A stretch of DNA of 64,000 nt from Yuukianura sp. NJ FZ-2021 (Eukaryota): NCBI GenBank assembly GCA_046563655.1, contig CM102290.1, forward strand, positions 1,364,001-1,428,000. Reading direction: 5' to 3'. The notes under the pieces are model-generated. The model ran no database searches. It was not told the DNA's origin and saw only the letters and a list, made by a program, of their open reading frames with translations. This document shows positions 1-13,145 of this stretch, in pieces. Both the position numbers and the translations under genes were made by a program. The number at the start of each line of letters is the position of its first letter. The first letter of the stretch is position 1.

Positions 1-3000
1 AAAAGTTTAGTAGGAAAATCACTCTTTCTAATCAACTAAATTCCAAAATTTCAAAACGTTAAAAGTTTAGTAGGAAAATCACTCTTTCTAATCAACTAAA
101 TTCCAAATTCCAAAAAGTTAAAAGTTTAGTAGGAAAATCACTCTTTCTAATCAACTAAATTCCAAATTTCAAAACGTTAAAAGTTTAGTAGGAAAATCAC
201 TCTTTCTAATCAACTAAATTCCAAATTCCAAAAAGTTAAAAGTTTAGTAGGAAAATCACTCTTTCTAATCAACTAAATTCAAAATTTCAAAAAGTTAAAA
301 GTTTAGTAGGAGAATCACTCTTTCTAATCAACTAAATTCCAAATTCCAAAAAGTTAAAAGTTTAGTAGGAAAATCACTCTTTCTAATCAACTAAATTCCA
401 AATTTCAAAACGTTAAAAGTTTAGTAGGAAAATCACTCTTTCTAATCAACTAAATTCCAAATTCCAAAAAGTTAAAAGTTTAGTAGGAAAATCACTCTTT
501 CTAATCAACTAAATTCCAAATTCCAAAAAGTTAAAAGTTTAGTAGGAAAATCACTCTTTCTAATCAACTAAATTCCAAATTCCAAAAAGTTAAAAGTTTA
601 GTAGGAAAATCACTCTTTCTAATCAACTAAATTCCAAATTCCAAAAAGTTAAAAGTTTAGTAGGAAAATCACTCTTTCTAATCAACTAAATTCCAAATTC
701 CAAAAAGTTAAAAGTTTAGTAGGAAAATCACTCTTTCTAATCAACTAAATTCCAAATTTCAAAACGTTAAAAGTTTAGTAGGAAAATCACTCTTTCTAAT
801 CAACTAAATTCCAAATTCCAAAAAGTTAAAAGTTTAGTAGGAAAATCACTCTTTCTAATCAACTAAATTCCAAATTCCAAAAAGTTAAAAGTTTAGTAGG
901 AAAATCACTCTTTCTAATCAACTAAATTCCAAAATTTCAAAAAGTTAAAAGTTTAGTAGGAAAATCACTCTTTCTAATCAACTAAATTCCAAATTTCAAA
1001 ACGTTAAAAGTTTAGTAGGAAAATCACTCTTTCTAATCAACTAAATTCCAAATTCCAAAAAGTTAAAAGTTTAGTAGGAAAATCACTATTTCTAATCAAC
1101 TAAATTCCAAATTTCAAAACGTTAAAAGTTTAGTAGGAAAATTACTCTTTCTAATCAACTAAATTCCAAATTCCAAAAAGTTAAAAGTTTAGTAGGAAAA
1201 TCACTCTTTCTAATCAACTAAATTCCAAATTCCAAAAAGTTAAAAGTTTAGTAGGAAAATCACTCTTTCTAATCAACTAAATTCCAAATTTCAAAACGTT
1301 AAAAGTTTAGTAGGAAAATCACTCTTTCTAACCAACTAAATTCCAAATTCCAAAAAGTTAAAAGTTTAGTAGGAAAATCACTCTTTCTAATCAACTAAAT
1401 TCCAAATTCCAAAAAGTTAAAAGTTTAGTAGGAAAATCACTCTTTCTAATCAACTAAATTCCAAAATTTCAAAAAGTTAAAAGTTTAGTAGGAAAATCAC
1501 TCTTTCTAATCAACTAAATTCCAAATTTCAAAACGTTAAAAGTTTAGTAGGAAAATCACTCTTTCTAATCAACTAAATTCCAAATTCCAAAAAGTTAAAA
1601 GTTTAGTAGGAAAATCACTATTTCTAATCAACTAAATTCCAAATTTCAAAACGTTAAAAGTTTAGTAGGAAAATCACTCTTTCTAATCAACTAAATTCCA
1701 AATTTCAAAACGTTAAAAGTTTAGTAGGAAAATCACTCTTTCTAATCAACTAAATTCAAAATTTCAAAACGTTAAAAGTTTAGTAGGAAAATCACTCTTT
1801 CTAATCAACTAAATTCCAAATTTCAAAACGTTAAAAGTTTAGTAGGAAAATCACTCTTTCTAATCAACTAAATTCAAAATTTCAAAAAGTTAAAAGTTTA
1901 TTAGGAAAATCACTCTTTCTAATCAACTAAATTCAAAATTTCAAAAAGTTAAAAGTTTAGTAGGAAAATCACTCTTTCTAATCAACTAAATTCCAAATTT
2001 CAAAACGTTAAAAGTTTAGTAGGAAAATCACTCTTTCTAATCAACTAAATTCCAAATTCCAAAAAGTTAAAAGTTTAGTAGGAAAATCACTATTTCTAAT
2101 CAACTAAATTCCAAATTTCAAAACGTTAAAAGTTTAGTAGGAAAATCACTCTTTCTAATCAACTAAATTCCAAATTTCAAAACGTTAAAAGTTTAGTAGG
2201 AAAATCACTCTTTCTAATCAACTGAATTCAAAATTTCAAAACGTTAAAAGTTTAGTAGGAAAATCACTCTTTCTAATCAACTAAATTCAAAATTTCAAAA
2301 AGTTAAAAGTTTAGTAGGAAAATCACTCTTTCTAATCAACTAAATTCCAAATTTCAAAACGTTAAAAGTTTAGTAGGAAAATCACTCTTTCTAATCAACT
2401 AAATTCCAAATTTCAAAACGTTAAAAGTTTAGTAGGAAAATCACTCTTTCTAATCAACTAAATTCCAAATTTCAAAACGTTAAAAGTTTAGTAGGAAAAT
2501 CACTCTTTCTAATCAACTAAATTCCAAATTTCAAAACGTTAAAAGTTTAGTAGGAAAATCACTCTTTCTAATCAACTAAATTCAAAATTTCAAAACGTTA
2601 AAAGTTTAGTAGGAAAATCACTCTTTCTAATCAACTAAATTCAAAATTCCAAAAAGTTAAAAGTTTAGTAGGAAAATCACTCTTTCTAATCAACTAAATT
2701 CCAAATTTCAAAACGTTAAAAGTTTAGTAGGAAAATCACTCTTTCTAATCAACTAAATTCCAAATTCCAAAAAGTTAAAAGTTTAGTAGGAAAATCACTC
2801 TTTCTAATCAACTAAATTCCAAAATTTCAAAAAGTTAAAAGTTTAGTAGGAAAATCACTCTTTCTAATCAACTAAATTCCAAATTCCAAAAAGTTAAAAG
2901 TTTAGTAGGAAAATCACTCTTTCTAATCAACTAAATTCCAAGTTTCAAAACGTTAAAAGTTTAGTAGGAAAATCACTCTTTCTAATCAACTAAATTCCAA

Positions 3001-6000
3001 ATTCCAAAAAGTTAAAAGTTTAGTAGGAAAATCACTCTTTCTAATCAACTAAATTCCAAATTCCAAAAAGTTAAAAGTTTAGTAGGAAAATCACTCTTTC
3101 TAATCAACTAAATTCAAAATTTCAAAAAGTTAAAAGTTTAGTAGGAAAATCACTCTTTCTAATCAACTAAATTCCAAATTCCAAAAAGTTAAAAGTTTAG
3201 TAGGAAAATCACTCTTTCTAATCAACTAAATTCCAAATTTCAAAACGTTAAAAGTTTAGTAGGAAAATCACTCTTTCTAATCAACTAAATTCCAAATTCC
3301 AAAAAGTTAAAAGTTTAGTAGGAGAATCACTCTTTCTAATCAACTAAATTCCAAATTCCAAAAAGTTAAAAGTTTAGTAGGAAAATCACTCTTTCTAATC
3401 AACTAAATTCCAAATTCCAAAAAGTTAAAAGTTTAGTAGGAAAATCACTCTTTCTAATCAACTAAATTCCAAATTCCAAAAAGTTAAAAGTTTAGTAGGA
3501 AAATCACTCTTTCTAATCAACTAAATTCCAAATTTCAAAACGTTAAAAGTTTAGTAGGAAAATCACTCTTTCTAATCAACTAAATTCCAAATTTCAAAAC
3601 GTTAAAAGTTTAGTAGGAAAATCACTCTTTCTAATCAACTAAATTCCAAATTCCAAAAAGTTAAAAGTTTAGTAGGAAAATCACTCTTTCTAATCAACTA
3701 AATTCCAAATTCCAAAAAGTTAAAAGTTTAGTAGGAAAATCACTCTTTCTAATCAACTAAATTCCAAAATTTCAAAAAGTTAAAAGTTTAGTAGGAAAAT
3801 CACTCTTTCTAATCAACTAAATTCCAAATTCCAAAAAGTTAAAAGTTTAGTAGGAAAATCACTCTTTCTAATCAACTAAATTCCAAATTTCAAAACGTTA
3901 AAAGTTTAGTAGGAAAATCACTCTTTCTAACCAACTAAATTCCAAATTCCAAAAAGTTAAAAGTTTAGTAGGAAAATCACTCTTTCTAATCAACTAAATT
4001 CCAAATTCCAAAAAGTTAAAAGTTTAGTAGGAAAATCACTCTTTCTAATCAACTAAATTCCAAATTCCAAAAAGTTAAAAGTTTAGTAGGAAAATCACTC
4101 TTTCTAATCAACTAAATTCCAAATTTCAAAACGTTAAAAGTTTAGTAGGAAAATCACTCTTTCTAACCAACTAAATTCCAAATTCCAAAAAGTTAAAAGT
4201 TTAGTAGGAAAATCACTCTTTCTAATCAACTAAATTCCAAATTCCAAAAAGTTAAAAGTTTAGTAGGAAAATCACTCTTTCTAATCAACTAAATTCCAAA
4301 ATTTCAAAAAGTTAAAAGTTTAGTAGGAAAATCACTCTTTCTAATCAACTAAATTCCAAATTCCAAAAAGTTAAAAGTTTAGTAGGAAAATCACTCTTTC
4401 TAATCAACTAAATTCCAAAATTTCAAAAAGTTAAAAGTTTAGTAGGAAAATCACTCTTTCTAATCAACTAAATTCCAAATTTCAAAACGTTAAAAGTTTA
4501 GTAGGAAAATCACTCTTTCTAATCAACTAAATTCCAAATTCCAAAAAGTTAAAAGTTTAGTAGGAAAATCACTATTTCTAATCAACTAAATTCCAAATTT
4601 CAAAACGTTAAAAGTTTAGTAGGAAAATCACTCTTTCTAATCAACTAAATTCCAAATTTCAAAACGTTAAAAGTTTAGTAGGAAAATCACTCTTTCTAAT
4701 CAACTAAATTCCAAATTTCAAAACGTTAAAAGTTTAGTAGGAAAATCACTCTTTCTAATCAACTAAATTCCAAATTTCAAAACGTTAAAAGTTTAGTAGG
4801 AAAATCACTCTTTCTAATCAACTAAATTCCAAATTTCAAAACGTTAAAAGTTTAGTAGGAAAATCACTCTTTCTAATCAACTAAATTCCAAATTCCAAAA
4901 AGTTAAAAGTTTAGTAGGAAAATCACTATTTCTAATCAACTAAATTCCAAATTCCAAAAAGTTAAAAGTTTAGTAGGAAAATCACTCTTTCTAATCAACT
5001 AAATTCCAAATTCCAAAAAGTTAAAAGTTTAGTAGGAAAATCACTCTTTCTAATCAACTAAATTCCAAATTCCAAAAAGTTAAAAGTTTAGTAGGAAAAT
5101 CACTCTTTCTAATCAACTAAATTCCAAATTTCAAAAAGTTAAAAGTTTAGTAGGAAAATCACTCTTTCTAATCAACTAAATTCCTAATTCCAAAAAGTTA
5201 AAAGTTTAGTAGGAAAATCACTCTTTCTAATCAACTAAATTCCAAATTTCAAAACGTTAAAAGTTTAGTAGGAAAATCACTCTTTCTAATCAACTAAATT
5301 CCAAATTCCAAAAAGTTAAAAGTTTAGTAGGAGAATCACTCTTTCTAATCAACTAAATTCCAAATTCCAAAAAGTTAAAAGTTTAGTAGGAAAATCACTC
5401 TTTCTAATCAACTAAATTCCAAATTCCAAAAAGTTAAAAGTTTAGTAGGAAAATCACTCTTTCTAATCAACTAAATTCAAAATTCCAAAAAGTTAAAAGT
5501 TTAGTAGGAAAATCACTCTTTCTAATCAACTAAATTCCAAATTTCAAAACGTTAAAAGTTTAGTAGGAAAATCACTCTTTCTAATCAACTAAATTCCAAA
5601 TTTCAAAACGTTAAAAGTTTAGTAGGAAAATCACTCTTTCTAATCAACTAAATTCCAAATTCCAAAAAGTTAAAAGTTTAGTAGGAAAATCACTCTTTCT
5701 AATCAACTAAATTCCAAATTCCAAAAAGTTAAAAGTTTAGTAGGAAAATCACTCTTTCTAATCAACTAAATTCAAAATTTCAAAAAGTTAAAAGTTTAGT
5801 AGGAAAATCACTCTTTCTAATCAACTAAATTCCAAATTTCAAAACGTTAAAAGTTTAGTAGGAAAATCACTCTTTCTAATCAACTAAATTCCAAATTCCA
5901 AAAAGTTAAAAGTTTAGTAGGAAAATCACTATTTCTAATCAACTAAATTCCAAATTTCAAAACGTTAAAAGTTTAGTAGGAAAATCACTCTTTCTAATCA

Positions 6001-8798
6001 ACTAAATTCCAAATTTCAAAACGTTAAAAGTTTAGTAGGAAAATCACTCTTTCTAATCAACTAAATTCCAAATTTCAAAACGTTAAAAGTTTAGTAGGAA
6101 AATCACTCTTTCTAATCAACTAAATTCCAAATTTCAAAACGTTAAAAGTTTAGTAGGAAAATCACTCTTTCTAATCAACTAAATTCCAAATTTCAAAACG
6201 TTAAAAGTTTAGTAGGAAAATCACTCTTTCTAATCAACTAAATTCCAAATTCCAAAAAGTTAAAAGTTTAGTAGGAAAATCACTATTTCTAATCAACTAA
6301 ATTCCAAATTCCAAAAAGTTAAAAGTTTAGTAGGAAAATCACTCTTTCTAATCAACTAAATTCCAAATTCCAAAAAGTTAAAAGTTTAGTAGGAAAATCA
6401 CTCTTTCTAATCAACTAAATTCCAAATTCCAAAAAGTTAAAAGTTTAGTAGGAAAATCACTCTTTCTAATCAACTAAATTCAAAATTTCAAAAAGTTAAA
6501 AGTTTAGTAGGAAAATCACTCTTTCTAATCAACTAAATTCCTAATTCCAAAAAGTTAAAAGTTTAGTAGGAAAATCACTCTTTCTAATCAACTAAATTCC
6601 AAATTTCAAAACGTTAAAAGTTTAGTAGGAAAATCACTCTTTCTAATCAACTAAATTCCAAATTCCAAAAAGTTAAAAGTTTAGTAGGAGAATCACTCTT
6701 TCTAATCAACTAAATTCCAAATTCCAAAAAGTTAAAAGTTTAGTAGGAAAATCACTCTTTCTAATCAACTAAATTCCAAATTCCAAAAAGTTAAAAGTTT
6801 AGTAGGAAATCACTCTTTCTAATCAACTAAATTCAAAATTCCAAAAAGTTAAAAGTTTAGTAGGAAAATCACTCTTTCTAATCAACTAAATTCCAAATTT
6901 CAAAACGTTAAAAGTTTAGTAGGAAAATCACTCTTTCTAATCAACTAAATTCCAAATTTCAAAACGTTAAAAGTTTAGTAGGAAAATCACTCTTTCTAAT
7001 CAACTAAATTCCAAATTCCAAAAGTTAAAAGTTTAGTAGGAAAATCACTCTTTCTAATCAACTAAATTCCAAATTCCAAAAAGTTAAAAGTTTAGTAGGA
7101 AAATCACTCTTTCTAATCAACTAAATTCAAAATTTCAAAAAGTTAAAAGTTTAGTAGGAAAATCACTCTTTCTAATCAACTAAATTCCAAATTCCAAAAG
7201 TTAAAAGTTTAGTAGGAAAATCACTCTTTCTAATCAACTAAATTCCAAATTTCAAAACGTTAAAAGTTTAGTAGGAAAATCACTCTTTCTAATCAACTAA
7301 ATTCCAAATTCCAAAAAGTTAAAAGTTTAGTAGGAAAATCACTCTTTCTAATCAACTAAATTCCAAATTCCAAAAAGTTAAAAGTTTAGTAGGAAAATCA
7401 CTCTTTCTAATCAACTAAATTCCAAATTCCAAAAAGTTAAAAGTTTAGTAGGAAATCACTCTTTCTAATCAACTAAATTCCAAATTTCAAAACGTTAAAA
7501 GTTTAGTAGGAAAATCACTCTTTCTAATCAACTAAATTCCAAATTCCAAAAAGTTAAAAGTTTAGTAGGAAAATCACTCTTTCTAATCAACTAAATTCCA
7601 AATTCCAAAAAGTTAAAAGTTTAGTAGGAAAATCACTCTTTCTAATCAACTAAATTCAAAATTTCAAAAAGTTAAAAGTTTAGTAGGAAAATCACTCTTT
7701 CTAATCAACTAAATTCCAAATTCCAAAAGTTAAAAGTTTAGTAGGAAAATCACTCTTTCTAATCAACTAAATTCAAAATTCCAAAAGTTAAAAGTTTAGT
7801 AGGAAAATCACTCTTTCTAATCAACTAAATTCCAAATTTCAAAACGTTAAAAGTTTAGTAGGAAAATCACTCTTTCTAATCAACTAAATTCCAAATTCCA
7901 AAAAGTTAAAAGTTTAGTAGGAAAATCACTATTTCTAATCAACTAAATTCCAAATTTCAAAACGTTAAAAGTTTAGTAGGAAAATCACTCTTTCTAATCA
8001 ACTAAATTCCAAATTTCAAAACGTTAAAAGTTTAGTAGGAAAATCACTCTTTCTAATCAACTAAATTCCAAATTTCAAAACGTTAAAAGTTTAGTAGGAA
8101 AATCACTCTTTCTAATCAACTAAATTCCAAATTTCAAAACGTTAAAAGTTTAGTAGGAAAATCACTCTTTCTAATCAACTAAATTCCAAATTTCAAAACG
8201 TTAAAAGTTTAGTAGGAAAATCACTCTTTCTAATCAACTAAATTCCAAATTCCAAAAAGTTAAGAGTTTAGTAGGAAAATCACTCTTTCTAATCAACTAA
8301 ATTCAAAATTCCAAAAAGTTAAAAGTTTAGTAGGAAAATCACTCTTTCTAATCAACTAAATTCAAAATTTCAAAAAGTTAAAAGTTTAGTAGGAAAATCA
8401 CTCTTTCTAATCAACTAAATTCCAAATTCCAAAAAGTTAAAAGTTTAGTAGGAAAATCACTCTTTCTAATCAACTAAATTCCAAATTCCAAAAAGTTAAA
8501 AGTTTAGTATGAAAATCACTCTTTCTAATCAACTAAATTCCAAATTCCAAAAAGTTAAAAGTTTAGTAGGAAAATCACTCTTTCTAATCAACTAAATTCC
8601 AAATTCCAAAAAGTTAAAAGTTTAGTAGGAAAATCACTCTTTCTAATCAACTAAATTCCAAATTCCAAAAAGTTAAAAGTTTAGTAGGAAAATCACTCTT
8701 TCTAATCAACTAAATTCCAAATTCCAAAAAGTTAAAAGTTTAGTAGGAAAATCACTCTTTCTAATCAACTAAATTCCAAATTCCAAAAAGTTAAAAGT
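1..8798 (+). repeat. 59-bp satellite array, left arm (~149 monomers; runs off the window start)
   Basis: Tandem monomer AAAAGTTTAGTAGGAAAATCACTCTTTCTAATCAACTAAATTCCAAATTCCAAAAAGTT. The main variant ends ...TTCCAAATTTCAAAACGTT, with occasional 58/60-bp indel variants. Confidence 0.99.
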
Positions 8799-11700
8799 GA
8801 TTTTCCTACTAAACTTTTAACTTTTTGGAATTTGGAATTTAGTTGATTAGAAAGAGTGATTTTCCTACTAAACTTTTAACTTTTTGGAATTTGGAATTTA
8901 GTTGATTAGAAAGAGTGATTTTCCTACTAAACTTTTAACGTTTTGAAATTTGGAATTTAGTTGATTAGAAAGAGTGATTTTCCTACTAAACTTTTAACTT
9001 TTTGGAATTTGGAATTTAGTTGATTAGAAAGAGTGATTTTCCTACTAAACTTTTAACTTTTTGGAATTTGGAATTTAGTTGATTAGAAAGAGTGATTTTC
9101 CTACTAAACTTTTAACGTTTTGAAATTTGGAATTTAGTTGATTAGAAAGAGTGATTTTCCTACTAAACTTTTAACTTTTTGGAATTTGGAATTTAGTTGA
9201 TTAGAAAGAGTGATTTTCCTACTAAACTTTTAACTTTTTGGAATTTGGAATTTAGTTGATTAGAAAGAGTGATTTTCCTACTAAACTTTTAACTTTTTGG
9301 AATTTGGAATTTAGTTGATTAGAAAGAGTGATTTTCCTACTAAACTTTTAACTTTTTGGAATTTGGAATTTAGTTGATTAGAAAGAGTGATTTTCCTACT
9401 AAACTTTTAACGTTTTTAAATTTTGAATTTAGTTGATTAGAAAGAGTGATTTTCCTACTAAACTTTTAACGTTTTGAAATTTTGAATTCAGTTGATTAGA
9501 AAGAGTGATTTTCCTACTAAACTTTTAACGTTTTGAAATTTGGAATTTAGTTGATTAGAAAGAGTGATTTTCCTACTAAACTTTTAACTTTTTGGAATTT
9601 GGAATTTAGTTGATTAGAAAGAGTGATTTTCCTACTAAACTTTTAACTTTTTGGAATTTGGAATTTAGTTGATTAGAAAGAGTGATTTTCCTACTAAACT
9701 TTTAACTTTTTGGAATTTTGAATTTAGTTGATTAGAAAGACTGATTTTCCTACTAAACTTTTAACGTTTTGAAATTTGGAATTTAGTTGATTAGAAAGAG
9801 TGATTTTCCTACTAAACTTTTAACTTTTTGGAATTTGGAATTTAGTTGATTAGAAAGAGTGATTTTCCTACTAAACTTTTAACTTTTTGGAATTTCGAAT
9901 TTAGTTGATTAGAAAGAGTGATTTTCCTACTAAACTTTTAACGTTTTGAAATTTGGAATTTAGTTGATTAGAAAGAGTGATTTTCCTACTAAACTTTTAA
10001 CTTTTTGAAATTTGGAATTTAGTTGATTAGAAAGAGTGATTTTCCTACTAAACTTTTAACTTTTTGGAATTTGGAATTTAGTTGATTAGAAAGAGTGATT
10101 TTCCTACTAAACTTTTAACTTTTTGGAATTTGGAATTTAGTTAATTAGAAAGAGTGATTTTCCTACTAAACTTTTAACTTTTTGGAATTTGGAATTTAGT
10201 TGATTAGAAAGAGTGATTTTCCTACTAAACTTTTAACTTTTTGGAATTTTGAATTTAGTTGATTAGAAAGAGTGATTTTCCTACTAAACTTTTAACTTTT
10301 TGGAATTTGGAATTTAGTTGATTAGAAAGAGTGATTTTCCTACTAAACTTTTAACTTTTTGGAATTTGGAACTTAGTTGATTAGAAAGAGTGATTTTCCT
10401 ACTAAACTTTTAACTTTTTGAAATTTTGAATTCAGTTGATTAGAAAGAGTGATTTTCCTACTAAACTTTTAACGTTTTTAAATTTTGAATTTAGTTGATT
10501 AGAAAGAGTGATTTTCCTACTAAACTTTTAACGTTTTGAAATTTTGAATTCAGTTGATTAGAAAGAGTGATTTTCCTACTAAACTTTTAACGTTTTGAAA
10601 TTTGGAATTTAGTTGATTAGAAAGAGTGATTTTCCTACTAAACTTTTAACTTTTTGGAATTTGGAATTTAGTTGATTAGAAAGAGTGATTTTCCTACTAA
10701 ACTTTTAACTTTTTGGAATTTGGAATTTAGTTGATTAGAAAGAGTGATTTTCCTACTAAACTTTTAACTTTTTGGAATTTTGAATTTAGTTGATTAGAAA
10801 GACTGATTTTCCTACTAAACTTTTAACGTTTTGAAATTTGGAATTTAGTTGATTAGAAAGAGTGATTTTCCTACTAAACTTTTAACTTTTTGGAATTTGG
10901 AATTTAGTTGATTAGAAAGAGTGATTTTCCTACTAAACTTTTAACTTTTGGAATTTCGAATTTAGTTGATTAGAAAGAGTGATTTTCCTACTAAACTTTT
11001 AACGTTTTGAAATTTGGAATTTAGTTGATTAGAAAGAGTGATTTTCCTACTAAACTTTTAGCTTTTTGAAATTTGGAATTTAGTTGATTAGAAAGAGTGA
11101 TTTTCCTACTAAACTTTTAACTTTTTGGAATTTGGAATTTAGTTGATTAGAAAGAGTGATTTTCCTACTAAACTTTTAACTTTTTGGAATTTGGAATTTA
11201 GTTAATTAGAAAGAGTGATTTTCCTACTAAACTTTTAACTTTTTGGAATTTGGAATTTAGTTGATTAGAAAGAGTGATTTTCCTACTAAACTTTTAACTT
11301 TTTGGAATTTTGAATTTAGTTGATTAGAAAGAGTGATTTTCCTACTAAACTTTTAACTTTTTGGAATTTGGAATTTAGTTGATTAGAAAGAGTGATTTTC
11401 CTACTAAACTTTTAACTTTTTGGAATTTGGAACTTAGTTGATTAGAAAGAGTGATTTTCCTACTAAACTTTTAACTTTTTGAAATTTTGAATTCAGTTGA
11501 TTAGAAAGAGTGATTTTCCTACTAAACTTTTAACGTTTTTAAATTTTGAATTTAGTTGATTAGAAAGAGTGATTTTCCTACTAAACTTTTAACGTTTTTA
11601 AATTTTGAATTTAGTTGATTAGAAAGAGTGATTTTCCTACTAAACTTTTAACGTTTTGAAATTTTGAATTCAGTTGATTAGAAAGAGTGATTTTCCTACT

Positions 11701-12612
11701 AAACTTTTAACGTTTTGAAATTTGGAATTTAGTTGATTAGAAAGAGTGATTTTCCTACTAAACTTTTAACTTTTTGGAATTTGGAATTTAGTTGATTAGA
11801 AAGAGTGATTTTCCTACTAAACTTTTAACTTTTTGGAATTTGGAATTTAGTTGATTAGAAAGAGTGATTTTCCTACTAAACTTTTAACTTTTTGGAATTT
11901 TGAATTTAGTTGATTAGAAAGACTGATTTTCCTACTAAACTTTTAACGTTTTGAAATTTGGAATTTAGTTGATTAGAAAGAGTGATTTTCCTACTAAACT
12001 TTTAACTTTTTGGAATTTGGAATTTAGTTGATTAGAAAGAGTGATTTTCCTACTAAACTTTTAACTTTTTGGAATTTCGAATTTAGTTGATTAGAAAGAG
12101 TGATTTTCCTACTAAACTTTTAACGTTTTGAAATTTGGAATTTAGTTGATTAGAAAGAGTGATTTTCCTACTAAACTTTTAACTTTTTGAAATTTGGAAT
12201 TTAGTTGATTAGAAAGAGTGATTTTCCTACTAAACTTTTAACTTTTTGGAATTTGGAATTTAGTTGATTAGAAAGAGTGATTTTCCTACTAAACTTTTAA
12301 CTTTTTGGAATTTGGAATTTAGTTAATTAGAAAGAGTGATTTTCCTACTAAACTTTTAACTTTTTGGAATTTGGAATTTAGTTGATTAGAAAGAGTGATT
12401 TTCCTACTAAACTTTTAACTTTTTGGAATTTGGAATTTAGTTGATTAGAAAGAGTGATTTTCCTACTAAACTTTTAACTTTTTGGAATTTGGAATTTAGT
12501 TGATTAGAAAGAGTGATTTTCCTACTAAACTTTTAACGTTTTGAAATTTGGAATTATGTTATTTAAAAAGAGTGATTTTCATAGTAAATTTTTAACTTTT
12601 TGAAAAATTTGA
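8799..12612 (-). repeat. Same 59-bp satellite in inverted orientation, right arm (~64 monomers), ending in a degenerate monomer
   Basis: Reverse-complement monomers from 8799. The last copy (~12545-12612) is diverged and abuts unique sequence. Confidence 0.99.
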
Positions 12613-12813
12613 ACAGAGTGAAATCTGAGCTAACCTTGAACAACATTTTTATGCAAACGGTTTTTTCGCATTTTGGTGCAATTGTGCAGAAAAAGGCCCC
12701 ATATCTCCACTGAAAATTATGAGCCACGTTTCGTTGCATAAATCTCGTGAAAACAGTTTCTCAAGGTGGGTAAACAAACAGATTGTTGATTGCTACAAGT
12801 AGCATTACAATTG

Positions 12814-12827
12814 GTTGCTATAGCAAC
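12814..12827. promoter_or_regulatory. Palindromic X-box-like (RFX) motif GTTGCTATAGCAAC, with an NRF1/Ewg-like TGCGCATGCGT at 12960-12970
   Basis: Perfect 14-bp palindrome fitting the RFX X-box consensus. Function is inferred only. Confidence 0.35.
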
Positions 12828-13145
12828 CTTGCAGTTTCTTAACGTTTTTCTTGCGTTTGCGGACAGCCGGTGGAAAAACCTTATCAATTGCCAACTCCCT
12901 CCAGAAGATCTATGCTCAACACTTAACCATCGCCCTGCCTTGTTGTAGTTTGATACTACTGCGCATGCGTAGTTCTACTGATTGATTGAGATGAGAATCA
13001 GAATGATAAAGCAATTAGAATTCAATTTGGTGCAGCTCCCGCCATCTCTTGGTAAAGCAGAGCAATATTCCTGGATGTAAAAACACATCTCGATTCCTGG
13101 TGTCAAAAACACATCTCAATTTTTTTGCAACAGAAAGTGAGGACC

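Noticed and set aside
1..12612. Satellite as a telomeric repeat (contains TTTAGTAGG, TTAGG-like)
   Set aside because: There is no (TTAGG)n run and the chromosomal position cannot be seen from the window.
8799..12612. Inverted arm as a pure fold-back sequencing artefact
   Set aside because: Variant order is not mirrored and the arm has private variants with its own HOR. A contig misjoin is still not excluded.
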